In this document: one piece after another, positions 1 through 12,371 of the stretch
How positions within the stretch are numbered: the first letter of the stretch is position 1
How the letters are laid out: the number at the start of each line of letters is the position of its first letter
Origin: Phaeosaccion multiseriatum
Lineage: Eukaryota > Protista > Ochrophyta, other classes
Assembly: GCA_965112735.1 (NCBI GenBank)
Contig: OZ218960.1
Coordinates: 1,550,001-1,614,000 of the forward strand
Direction of reading: 5' to 3'
Length of the DNA: 64,000 bases
Position numbers and translations under genes: made by a program
The notes under the pieces: model-generated
Seen by the model: the letters and a program-made list of their open reading frames with translations, nothing else
What the model was told of the DNA's origin: nothing
The model's database searches: none

Positions 1-991
1 TGTTCATCAATAGGCCTAGGCCGGGGGGGGTGCCCCAAAAATAGGCCTAGGCCGGGGGCCTGCGGCCCCCCTAGCACTAGGCCGGCCAAATTTCGACTCT
101 AGGCCTAGGCTTCTAGGCCAGTCTGGGGCCGATATATAGCCCGCCTCTAGGCAGCCTCCCAGTGACCGTGGGCGCGTGCGTGGTGCCGCCCAGCCATCTG
201 TAGGTCTGCACTCCTCGTAGGGCCAGCGAGGCGGAAGAGACAACACGAACAAAGTCTACTCCTCACTTCCAATCCCAGCCATGCAATGAAACTGACTACT
301 CTTTGCACTCTGGGCACTCCCACCGTCCGCCTAGTTGGCTGGCGCCGACCGACTGTCTTCGCCTCCCTCTTTGCTCATGACCCTCTCGGCCCATCGTCCA
401 CTCGCAGCCGTCATCTTGTCCGGCCATTGCAATGGGGGCAACGCTGTAGCCGGAACAGCAGCGGCAGCAGAGGCCATGAGCAAGCAGGAGAGGTTTGAAA
501 TCTGGGGAAATATTACTTTTAGTACCTTACGTAAGTATACATCACCCAAGGGAATTGGGTGTCTGTCCCCTGGGGAAATGGCCCCCCCCTCGCCCCCCCC
601 CCCCTTTTTCCACTTTCCAGAGGTGCGTGTGACTTTCTGCTCAGCGTCCAGAGTAGCCATAGGTAAGGGAGGCACAATAAAGCCAATTAGCTGTCGTTCA
701 CTCAGGTTTTACTCTTACGAAAATACAAAATACTTCGAAGTACAAGATACACGCACGTACAAGCAAGAGAGGATATTGAAAAAAAAGCATACTAGAGATG
801 TCCCCCCCCCCCCTCGACCCCCCTTCAACAGCGTTGGTCGACTTTAGGTGGCCACCCCCATGCTTGTCCTGGCTGCTGCGGCAGCAGCGGTTCAAGGCGT
901 TAGCCCCCAGATGAAATCGGCCCCGACTGCAAGCTAGCTAGTCGAGCTGCTGCACACGTCAGCGGTGTACCGCCTCCGGCCGATCCTAAGA

Positions 992-1421
992 CTACTTCGT
1001 CCCTGCTGCTATCGCACCTTCAAGCAGCCTCACCACTGCCACGTGCCCGGCTGCGGTGGCCAGTTCGCGAGCCGTCTCTCCGGCGCTGTTCGTAGCGTCC
1101 ACTCTCGCCCCTCGGGACAGAAGAAGCGCCGTCGCCTTCACCGCTCCACCCGCGGCAGCGAGGTGCAGCGCAGTGAAGCCGAGGCAATTCGCCGCCTCAA
1201 TGCTCCCGTTAGAGTCGAGGAGGCGCTTCACCACCTGCCAGTGCTCCCCCTGGGCAGCGCAGTGTAGAGCCGTGTTCTTATCCGGCTCTCGCCTCGCCTC
1301 AATGTCCGCTCCCGCGAGCAGGAGCCGGCCCACGAGGCACTCGTGCCCGAGTCGAGCCGCCATGTGGAGACATGTCTCCGTCTCTGCCTTCGTCTCCTCG
1401 GAGCTCTTTCCAGCCCCGCTG

Positions 1422-1452
<31 letters not shown>

Positions 1453-4400
1453 ATGCACCAGTACCACTTCTCTTCTCGTCGTCCTCGTCTACCGAATCCA
1501 CAAAGGCAAGAAGCATGCGTCGCGTCCCGTGAACAAAATACAGAGAGAGGGGCCGCTTCATCTCCTCGCCGGAGCGATCAAAAGTAGGAGGATGCTTCCT
1601 CTTCTCCTCCTCCTCCTCCTTGCCCACTACCCCCTGCTGCCGCTCCCCCCCCCCTACTTCTTCTCCGCCGGCGCCATTGTCATCGCCTTTCTTGTACCGC
1701 GTATACCTCGTATGCACGCTTGCGCCCCTCTCCATAAAGAGCATTGCTGCGTCCGTATGCCCCGCCAACACGGCACTGAGCAGCAACCGCTCGAAGGGAA
1801 TCATGCACGAAAGAGTCCGCCCCTCCCCAACCTCCGGACGGCCGCAGCATCGCGACCCCCTGCTCTCTCGCCGCAGTGCTTCTCCTCTCGCTAGCGCATC
1901 TACTGCTGTCTCACCACCACTGATGCTCTCCGGCCCCTGGCTCGTCCCAGCCGGAGGCTCCCCGAAGGCCCGCTTGTTCCGCCCCCCGGCCGATCGATGC
2001 CGCCACTGCTTCTGCAGCTTGCTGCTGCTGCTGCTGCTGTTGCTGCTGCAACCCCCCCCACTCATCTGCACCAGTTGCACGACTGCAGCTGCCGAAGCAG
2101 TAGTAGCCTCTGTCTCGTCCAGCACCAGGGGAGCAGACCCCGACCCCGACCTTGACTCCGATCTCGATTCCGACTTGTCACTAGCAGCGACAGGGGCCTG
2201 CTCGGACCCTCCTGCAGTGGCACTGGTGGTAGGGGCGGCCAGTGTGGTACAGCCGGCAATCTCCACGGCGCCCTTCATGAGTATGTAGACCTGACCCACG
2301 TCGCACTTCCTGCCCTCCGCGCACGTTCTCCACACGTGCTCCCGGCCGGCGTCTGAGCGAGTGGGTCGGTTGCGTTCCAAGGACAAGGTATCAAGCGGGT
2401 TGATATATGCGAGTCAGGCAGTGAGCGAGTCGACGACGACTGAAAGAGCAACGAGTGGAGCCAAACGTCCAAAGAGCGAAAGAGCGAAAGAGCTGAGCTG
2501 GTGAGGACGTCGTCGTGACACCATTTGTTCGCGTCTTGCCTCTTCCCACTTGAAAATGTACACACTGCCAATGTGGGGGGGGGCGGGGGGGGGGGGGGCT
2601 TCTGCAAGTTTGATACGCTCGTGCAAGAGCACATCCCAACCCGGCCACCCCCCCACTAACTCACTCACTCACAGCCACCACCCCCCCACTCACTCACTCA
2701 CTCACAGCCACCCCCCCACTAACTCACTCACTCACAGCCACCACCCCCCCACTAACTCACTCACTCACAGCCACCACCTCCCGCTCACTCACAGCCACCC
2801 CCCCACTCACTCACTCACTCACCCGCGAGCAACAGCGACACGGGGCCTGCACTAGCGACGTCAATGGGCGTGAGCCCCTGCGCGTCCCTCGTAAACGGAT
2901 TGGCGCCCCTCTGCAGGAGCACGCAGGTGGTGCTGAAGTGCCCGTGCCGAGCGGCGCAGTGCAGCGGGGTCACTAGCTGCGGGTAGGAGCGCTCATCGAC
3001 GAGGGCCCCGGAGTCGGCGAGGAGTATGACCATTGGGCGATTACCTTCATGTGCTGCCGAATCAAACGGCAATGGATGGGGGGTGGAAAGAGGAGGAAGG
3101 GGAAGGGTACGTGAGCTGCCTATAAAGAAAGATCATGTGCTGCCGAATCAAACGGCAATGGATGGGGGGTGGAAAGAGGAGGAAGGGGAAGGGTACGTGA
3201 GCTGCCTATCTTTGGTGGCGAGGCCTGAGGGTGAGGGTGGGTGGTCGCAAGTCGAGGCGCCGCCTTTACAAAGCGTGAACTATGAAGCGTGTCATTCAAG
3301 CGTGGTTGCTGGCTCTTGCTATGCTGCAGCACTAGCACTAGCACTAGCACAAGCAGAAGGGCGCACAGTCGTCAAGGCAGCGGCAGACAAGCCGGTGGAG
3401 GACGAGTCGCCGGAGCACCACCCATCCGTACCTGCAAAGTGTAGCGGGGTGTACCTCCACTTGTCGGGCTCTCGAGCAAGGCCGGCCGGCGTCATTGCAC
3501 TCACTCCGGGCAGCTTCAGCAGACGTGCCGCCGCTTCTGTGTCGCCGGCTATGGCCAAGTGGTGCAAAGCCCGCTCGGGCGGTCGGTCCCCTTCCCTCAT
3601 GAGCAGAGAGGCGATGGTGAAAAAGTCTCTGCACGAGAAGGGCAGGAGGTGGAGAGGAGTGGCCCCGGTTGAGCTCTGAGCCAAGGCATTCGCGCCTCTG
3701 CGAAGCAACAAGCGGGTGGTGGGGAGGTCTCCCGCTGCTACGGCCAAGTGGAGCGGAGTGAGGCCTTCCCTTCCTGCGGCATGATGATCTGTCGCATTCA
3801 CGTCTGCGCCCTTGTCGAGCAGGCGCGTGACTTCCCTCGGGGGAGGAAGCTCAAAGTCGTGGAGGTCCCCCCTGGGTGTAAATGTCACTGCGGCCGCCAA
3901 GCAGTCAAGGAGGGCTTTGTTCAGATCCGCAACTGGTGAGAGGAAGCGGAGGAGGAGGAGGAGGAGGAGGAGGAGGAGGAGGAGGAGGAGGAGGAGGAGG
4001 AGGAGGAGGAGGAGGAGGAGGAGGAGGAGGAGGAGGAGGAGGAGGAGGAGGAGGAGGAGGAGGAGGAGGAGGAGGAGGAGGAGGAGGAGGAGGAGGAGGA
4101 GGAGGAGGAGGAGGAGGAGGAGGAGGAGGAGGAGGAGGAGGAGGAGGAGGAGGAGGAGGAGGAGGAGGAGGAGGAGGAGGAGGAGGAGGAGGAGGAGGAG
4201 GAGGAGGAGGAGGAGGAGGAGGAGGAGGAGGAGGAGGAGGAGGAGGAGGAGGAGGAGGAGGAGGAGGAGGAGGAGGAGGAGGAGGAGGAGGAGGAGGATG
4301 GCACCAGTCAGTTACGCACTTCGCGGGGAAGGGGGCGAAGCAAAAGGTCACAGTAGTGTGTGAAAAGTGGTAAAAAGGGGAAAGGAGAACCCAATTGTGT

Positions 4401-5052
4401 ATGGCTGTAGCTCAGCGCAGCACTTGCCTGATCTGACCGTATTGCCTGGCGCCCGTTGTGGGGGGGGCGGCTGAGGGGTCGACGCGGGGGGGGCAGAGGT
4501 CGCAGTCGACGCCAAGGACGGAGCGGTGGTGGCAGTGGCTTTGTCAATCGTGGGAAGGGAAGCTGGTTGCTCCTTCTTGTCAGCCGCTTCATGTTGCCCC
4601 ACCGCCCGCAGCAGCTGGATGTGGGCCTTCTTGGAGGAGGAGGGCGAGCAAGGGGCGCGTGACAGCACCTCCGAAAGGCTCCATCGTCGCTCCTCTTCAC
4701 CGGACTCCCGCGGCTCCTGATGAGGGTGATGCTCGCTCTCCGATTTAACGTCGCTGTCGGGGCTGGGGACTCCGGCGACTTCTTGGGTGATGAAGAAGGA
4801 GGGCGGAAGAGGCGGGAGGAATCGGTCGGGCCCGTACGGGCCAGCACTCTCACCCTCCCCGTGGGAATCCACTTCTGAGGCGGTAGCGCTTGGGGCCACG
4901 CCAACCTCCTCTTCTCCTTGCAGGCTTCCTACTGCTGCGGAGGCCTCAAAAGAGACACAAGACGAACGACAAAGGGCACTGCGCGGGGGGGTGGCAGGAG
5001 ACACGTCCAGGCGCCTTCGCGAGAGGCATGGTTGCTTCGTCTCGTCCTCCAT
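992..5052 (-). CDS. Ankyrin-repeat protein, multi-exon (approx. exons 5052-4428, 3932-3432, 3053-2823, 2352-992)
   Basis: Multiple ankyrin consensus repeats (GLTPLHLAVAAGD, YTPLHFA|AHEGN, VTPLHCAARHGH, TCLHMAARLGH, NTALHCAAQGEH, GFTALHLAAAGG). Splice phases match, and the exon2/3 junction rebuilds PLHFAAHEG. Intron 1 is GC-AG. The last acceptor is less certain. Confidence 0.85.
3948..4297. repeat. Pure (GAG)n microsatellite, ~116 units, in the ankyrin gene GC-AG intron
   Basis: Direct reading. Confidence 0.95.
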
Positions 5053-5535
5053 TATCAGCGCGGGCGATGCGTTGCTGAGCGCTGTGCCCCTTCGCGACCG
5101 TTGAGTTCCGCTCTAGCCCTTGGCTGGTTGCTTCCTCGCGAGAGGGGTGCTTCTGACTTGCTGGGGCCTTCCTTTCGCCCCTGCCGACGCCGAGCACAGA
5201 GAAAGGCCAAGGCGCAGACGAGCGACATAGAAGTGGTCCGTGAGTAGCACATGAAGATAGGAGTACGAGAGGAACGGAGGGAGGGAGAAGATCCTTTCTT
5301 GAAGCAAGCAATCGGCCGACAGCAGCCAACCAAAAAGGGCACGGAAGAGGAGGGAAAGCAAAAAGGGAGATATAACAACGCACACACGAGAGTAGACTCT
5401 TACTTGGTGAGTTAAGCGGGTCTCCAGCTGCTGTCTTGTTTCGTTGAGGGGAGGAGAGGCGATAAGCCGGGGGGAAAAGTAAAGAAAGGGGTCTCACCTT
5501 ACGTAATTTGTGAATCTTACGCAACCATCGCCCCA

Positions 5536-6021
5536 ATGAAAACCGCGCTTTGTCTCTCGCTAGGATGGGCGCCTGCTGCTCCTCTGCTGCTACTACTGCG
5601 GTGGGGCCCTTTTGGCCTGTTCTGCCTTCGCCTTTACCGCTCCTGCTGCCCTCTCCGGCCAATCCCATGTCAATCTCAAGGCCTCACTGAGAGAGAGAGA
5701 GAAGGGGAATTAAGAAACCTCAGAAGCCGCTCCAGCAGGAGAAGAAACAGCAGCGGAAGGAGCAGCAGACGTAGCAGTGGAGGGAGTAGGCTGCACATCT
5801 TCCCGGTACCCGATGGACCTCCTGCCAAAGCGCCTGCTGAGGAGCTACTTCCCAAGACCACGCCGGAGCAAGCGGCGGCCACCGTGGTTTGGTTCAACCA
5901 AGGAGACCTGCAGATGTGTGATCACGATGCTCTGCAGGTACGAGTGGTTGGTACCTTTGGGCGAAGAGAAGAGAAGGAGATGTGCGCGGCCACGGTGAAG
6001 GGGGGTTGAGATTTTATTGGA

Positions 6022-6069
<48 letters not shown>

Positions 6070-7890
6070 ATCTCTCTCCCTCTCTCTTCCCCTCCCCTTT
6101 CCGCAGGCCGCAGCCCCCGCTGAGGTGGTGCTATCCGTCTTTGTGTTCAACAGCGAGGAGCTCCACCGGGAGCATCCGCTGGTAGTGGGTGGTTCAGACT
6201 TTTAGGACTGTGACCTCCATCGTCTTGCAGGCCGATAGCACAGCCGAGACTGCTAATCAAACTGTGCAGGAGCTGAGGGAAGGAGGGAGGGAGGGAGGGG
6301 AGGGAGGGGATGGGCATCTGCCTCCGCTTCATCTGTGCTCTTGCAAGGAAGTCGTCACCACTATGCAGGTAAGAGAGTAGGGAGGGGGAGATGGATTTGG
6401 GATTTGGAGAGGGAGGAGGGGGAAGGAGAGGGGAGGGGGGGACTTTTTAATTCGGTGCATGTGTGGACTCCTTTTCTCTTCCGCTCCATACCCTTTCCTT
6501 TCGCCCCTCGGCCTCTCAACGTGGTTTGTATGGCTATCTTCCTACCTCCATGTCTCGTTCAGCTCCTCACTTACATCTTCTCCCCCCCCCTCCCTCCTCC
6601 TCCTCCTCCTCCTCCTCCTCCTCCTCCTCCTCCTCCTCCTCCTCCTCCTCCTCCTCCTCCTCCTCCTCCTCCTCCTCCTCCTCCTCCTCCTCCTCCTCCT
6701 CCTCCTGCTGCTCCTCCTCCTGCTCCTGCTCCTGCTCCTCCTGCTCCTCCTCTTCCTCCTCCTCCTCCTCCTCCTCCTCCTCCTCCTACTCGTCATCTTC
6801 CCAACAGGGGCATGATTTTTTGCTGAGAGAGACGTCGAGGCATCGAAGGCGGCATTTTCCCAACCTGAGGAGCACGGCCCTACCAAAGGAGAAGCAGCGG
6901 CAGCAGCAACAGCAGCAGCAACAGCAGCAGCAACAGCAGCAGTGACATGAGGGGGGGCAGAAGTGGGTGCCAGACCCCCATTCGAGGTTAGGTCTTGCAA
7001 ATGGCACGGATGGAGCTGCCGTTACACTGTGGGAGGAAGCACAGATCCAGAAGCCCCGGCACTGCTCGTGGTGAGGGACGGAGGGAGGGAGGGAGGGAGG
7101 GAGGGAGCCAGGGGGGGGGGGGGGGTATTGAAGGAAGGAGAGAGAGAAGGGGAGGGAGGAGGCAAGAGTAAGTGGAGGGAGAGAGCTGTGTATTTGGAGC
7201 ACTTGTGTGTAGGGTGTGAAGCTGGCCTACCTGCTGCTGGTGCCCTCCACCCACCACTCCGGCCGGGGAGTCGTGCGACCCGCTGGTCCGCTGGTCTGGC
7301 GTCCGCCCTGCCACCCTTGGCGCAAGGAAGATAACTCACGACTGGAGAGAGGCCCAATACCCACTACCCACTACCCACTACCCACCTATTGAGCTTTCTC
7401 TGGCACTCATTTCTCGCGGCCCTGCTGTCCTTCCAATCCACTCTTGTGTCTTCTCTTTCTCAGCAACAGCGCCCGAAGCAGAGGAAGCGCGGAGTCCTTG
7501 GGCACGGCACGGTTAGACGGCAGGCAGTCCTTCGGCACGGCACGGTTAGACGGCAAGCAGCCCTTCCTCCGTGCTTACAGTGTTCGCAACAGGATGACTT
7601 TCGTCATCACGAGCACCAACCGCACCGCTTTAGAGGGAGGCAGTCCGAAAGACGAGTCAGGCAGTGCTTGTAACGACAAAGTCAAAGGGGCTCACAAGAG
7701 GTGGGTTGTTAAAGGGTCAGACAGGCAGGGAGGGCGAGAAGGGCTTTGCTGTCGACATGGCGGAGGCCGTGCCTGCTCTGGGCAGGGCTGTGGCATTTGT
7801 TCTCTGGGCAGGGCTGTGGCATTTGTTCTCTGGGCAGGGCTGTGGTATTTGTTCAGGAGCTTACGGACTCGGTACTCGTGCGCTTGAAGT
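5536..7890 (+). pseudogene. Degenerate photolyase/cryptochrome N-terminal-like locus, probably a pseudogene
   Basis: Exon 5536-5937 ends VVWFNQGDLQMCDHDALQ, and exon 6107 onward gives AAAPAEVVLSVFVFN, resembling the photolyase VWFRxDLRxxDNxAL...VLPVFVFD motif. An in-frame TAG at 6203-6205 and frame breaks follow. The downstream extent is uncertain. Confidence 0.35.
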
Positions 7891-7909
7891 GAGTGCGGAT
7901 TATGGATAG

Positions 7910-7947
<38 letters not shown>

Positions 7948-8104
7948 TGAAAGGCAATGGAGAGTGGGAGAGAGGAAGGGGGATGACACGTGGCAAGAAA
8001 GTATGGGAGAGGAAAGGAGGTATGTGCGTTGACCAGCCACGGCGCCAAAGAAGGTAAGAACCTCTGGTCGTCAAGTAGAGGGCTGAGCTGAGCATGTACT
8101 TCAA

Positions 8105-8592
8105 GTATGTTATTAGTTATTAGAGCTTATGGGCTCAGTATTGGTCAAGTAGAGGGATGTAGCATCATGTATGTTATTAGTTATTAGAGCTTATGGGCTC
8201 AGTATTGGTCAAGTAGAGGGATGTAGCATCATGTATGTTATTAGTTATTAGAGCTTATGGGCTCAGTATTGGTCAAGTAGAGGGATGTAGCATCATGTAT
8301 GTTATTAGTTATTAGAGCTTATGGGCTCAGTATTGGTCAAGTAGAGGGATGTAGCATCATGTATGTTATTAGTTATTAGAGCTTATGGGCTCAGTATTGG
8401 TCAAGTAGAGGGATGTAGCATCATGTATGTTATTAGTTATTAGAGCTTATGGGCTCAGTATTGGTCAAGTAGAGGGATGTAGCATCATGTATGTTATTAG
8501 TTATTAGAGCTTATGGGCTCAGTATTGGTCAAGTAGAGGGATGTAGCATCATGTATGTTATTAGTTATTAGAGCTTATGGGCTCAGTATTGG
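8105..8592. repeat. 64-bp minisatellite, ~7.6 identical copies
   Basis: Unit gtatgttattagttattagagcttatgggctcagtattggtcaagtagagggatgtagcatcat, starting at 8105, 8169 and so on. Confidence 0.95.
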
Positions 8593-9351
8593 CGCGCTTG
8601 AGGTGAGTGGTAGCCAACCATGGAAAGACGTGTGTGTGTGGTGTATGGCTATGGAGGGTGGTGTGTTGTGGGAGAGGAGAGGAGGTCAATAGTAGGAGAG
8701 GGAGTAGGAAAGGATACAAATGGGTGGGGAAGGGAGTGAAGTGAACCGTAGGGTGGGTGTTGGTTGAGCTAGACTAGAGTGGGCGGGCTGTGGCGTGAGG
8801 GCTGTGGCAAGCAAGCAGGTGATGTGATCAAAGGAGGAGTGGGCACCTCCCGCGGTGCACAGAAGAAGCTTTGCCGCGTTGGAGAGTTTGATGTAAGCAG
8901 GCAAAGGGAGGGATGAACGGCATGTGCAAGAGGCGTGCGCGCATTCGCAGGGGAGGCGGAGGAGAGAGACAGCGCTCAAGAATCCCTACGCTATGCTACA
9001 GCCCACAATGGCCGCGAGGAGGAGGAGGAGGAGGAGGAGGAGGAGGAGGAGGAGGAGGAGGAGGAGGAGGCGTCCGTGGGAAGGAAGCGTAAGAAGCGAG
9101 GAGCGAGGAGGAAGCCACGCACACGCACCACCTCTCGGCCTGCCTGCCGCAGCTGTGCTCGTGGGCAGGGAGGGCAAGAGGAGGAACACCCCAGCAGCCG
9201 TAGCCCAGGATAGAGCAAGAGGAAGACACTCCGTGTGGGGGATGAAGTCCAGCTGCCCAAGCGATTCTGAAAGGCACCCTATCATTGGGTGGATAGAGTA
9301 GATAGATAGATAGATAAATAGATAGATAGATAGAAATATAGATAGATAGAT

Positions 9352-9430
<79 letters not shown>

Positions 9431-9959
9431 TGCTGCGCCGATGTGCTCTGAGCGGCTGCAGCGAGTCCACGCTCTAGGGTTTGCATGAGGGTGTGAGCGC
9501 TCAAGCACACGGGTGAGGTGGAGTTGCTAAGCATGGCCTCGATGGGAAGGCTGCGCCAGCTGCCAGCAGTGGGTTCACAATCAACAGACAGAGGAGGGTC
9601 GCCGTCACCTCAGCGGCTGCAGTTGGTGATACAGCATTGACAGAGGACCCCCGGGGGGGCAGAATCCTCCTCTCAGTACTGTACTACTTGGAACTCGGCA
9701 CGAGGGGCTGTTAGTACATAGTACAAGCTTGTTACCCTCTCGCTCTCTGTACGTAGTACTACACTTTGTATTTTGCCAAACGAAGGCGTACAGTACCTCT
9801 CTTTGTATCAAACTTTTACACAGTACATATAAAATATGTATATTCTGCCACTGTAATAATAATACCCATTCCCTCCTCTCCTCTCCTCGAAAGCGTGACG
9901 GTCAGCCCCCCCTTCCTATTTATCCTCCTTCCCTTCACACTACACGCTTCTACTCTACC

Positions 9960-10305
9960 TCACTCACTCACTCAACCACTCACTCACTCACTCACTCACT
10001 CACTCACTCACTCACTCCCTCACTCCCTCACTCACTCACTCACTCCCTCTCTCACTCACTCCCTCACTCACTCCCTCACTCACTCACTCCCTCACCCACT
10101 CACTCCCTCCCTCACTCACTCACTCTCTCACTCACTCACCCACTCACTCACTCACTCTCTCACTCACTCACTCACTCTCTCACTCACTCACTCACTCACT
10201 CCCTCACTCACTCACTCACTCCCTCTCTCACTCACTCCCTCACTCACTCCCTCACTCACTCACTCCCTCACTCACTCACTCACTCACTCACTCACTCAAT
10301 CACTC
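9960..10305. repeat. (CTCA)n/(CACT)n tetranucleotide tract just downstream of the RTX gene stop
   Basis: Direct reading. Confidence 0.9.
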
Positions 10306-12178
10306 ATCGTCCATCCTATACGAGCTCTGCACAGGCGAGACCCTCCGTCTCGGACTTGCCCTTGTCTGTCGTCTCTGCTTTTGGTTGTCCACGGCCCCCA
10401 TGACAATACCCAACAGGACGGTTATCGCACTCGCGATGGAGGCAGATATCACCACCACGTTCTTTGTACCGGGTACAGGGCTGTTGTCATCATCCTCCTC
10501 ATCATCGCCGCCAACTGTATCAGCATCCGTATCCCCAGTGACTAGACTGCTCACCAAGATCCCGTCCGTGCTGCTGGCCCCAAACTCAAATTTCAAGCCG
10601 TAGACGACCACCCCATCTTCAAGCGGCACAATGCCCTCGCTCCAGTGGCAATAACCACTGCTGCTGCACCCCGAATCGGCCTGCGCAGTGAGACTGAGGG
10701 TTTCCACGGCTGTCACGTTACGACCATCCAGCTCAATCACCACCTCGTCCTCCTCGTCCATCCTTCGGAGGCTGAATGGGCCTGTGAGGAGACCTTGGAG
10801 GGTTGGTTCTCGGCTTTCTCTCAGATGGCGACTCCGCCTCCGACGACGGCTGCTGACTTGATCCGCATCGGCATAGGCAGTAACGATGGTGTCCGCTGTG
10901 GCTGAGTCTGTGAAGGGAAGCAAGAGCAGTAGCAGCAGTTGGTGATACATGAGAAGCAGCAGTTGCAGTTGGTGATACAGCAGGGGGAGCAGTAGCAGCA
11001 GCAGTAATAGTTGTTGATACAGCGGCAGTAGGGGGGAGGTAGGAGGGGGGCGTCAAGATCGCAGGGGGGGGTGTGCGAGGAGGCAAGGGAGGCAAAAGGG
11101 TTATAACAACTCACATACACACACACACACACACTTCCACACAACCTCAGAGACAGAGACCCCCCCCACACACATCCATCTACTCACACACCTAACCACA
11201 TGAACACACACACTTCCATCTACTCACACACCTAACCACATGAACACACACACATCCATCTACTCACACACCTAACCACATGAACACACACACATCCATC
11301 TACTCACACACCTAACCACATGAACACACACACTTCCATCTACTCACACACCTAACCACATGAACACACACACTTCCATCTACTCACGCACCTAACCACA
11401 TGAACACACACATCCATCTACTCACACACCTAACCACATGAACACACACATCCATCTACTCACACACCTAACCACATGAACACACACATCCATCTACTCA
11501 CACACCTAACCACATGAACACACACATCCATCTACTCACACACCTAACCATATGAACACACACATCCATCTACTCACACACCTAACCACATGAACACACA
11601 CACCCATCTACTCACACACCTAACCACATGAACACACACACGCATACACACGCACACACACGCGCACACACGCACACACGCGCACCCTCACAACACACAA
11701 ACACCCACCCACCCACCCACACACACACACATATATATATATACACACACATATATATATACACACGTACAGTAGAAGGCGGCCCCGACGTCGATGCCCC
11801 CCTGGAACGTGATGAAGGAGACAGGCTCTGAGAAGAGAAGGACGCTGTCCTCGTCGTTGGGTGCGTTATCGAAGGCCACCTCCCCACCCACATCCGTGTC
11901 CACCACCTGAAGAACAGATGTAGGGAGTAAGTAAATGAATGTTCGTGCTAGTAGGCTACTTCTTGGTGTAAGTTAGTGGTTGGGGTAGTGGGCAGTTTAG
12001 TGGGTTGACACAAGCTCTTCGTAAGTCAGTTACGCATGCAAATGCATACACCTACACACGCACACACGTACACACGTACATATATGCATAACCCTACACA
12101 GATACATACATACACACACATACATACATACATACATACATACATACATACATACATACATACATACATACACACGTA

Positions 12179-12211
<33 letters not shown>

Positions 12212-12340
12212 CATACGCTTACATTCATACATACATACATACATACGCTTACATACACACACATACATACATACATACATACGCTTACATACACACACAT
12301 ACATACATACATACGTACATACACACATACATACATACGC

Positions 12341-12371
<31 letters not shown>

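Noticed and set aside
286-895. Short ORFs near the window start
   Set aside because: No recognisable domains or consistent splice structure.
8105-8592. Possible CRISPR array
   Set aside because: Units are identical head-to-tail with no unique spacers; eukaryotic context and no cas genes.
10790-10850. RHLR...DEEDE as an oomycete RxLR-dEER effector motif
   Set aside because: It lies deep in the protein near the TM helix rather than after the signal peptide; better read as a polybasic cleavage site.
11170-11640. CCTAAC in tandem units as an interstitial telomere
   Set aside because: Only one CCTAAC per 42-44 bp unit; no (CCCTAA)n or (CCCTAAA)n run.
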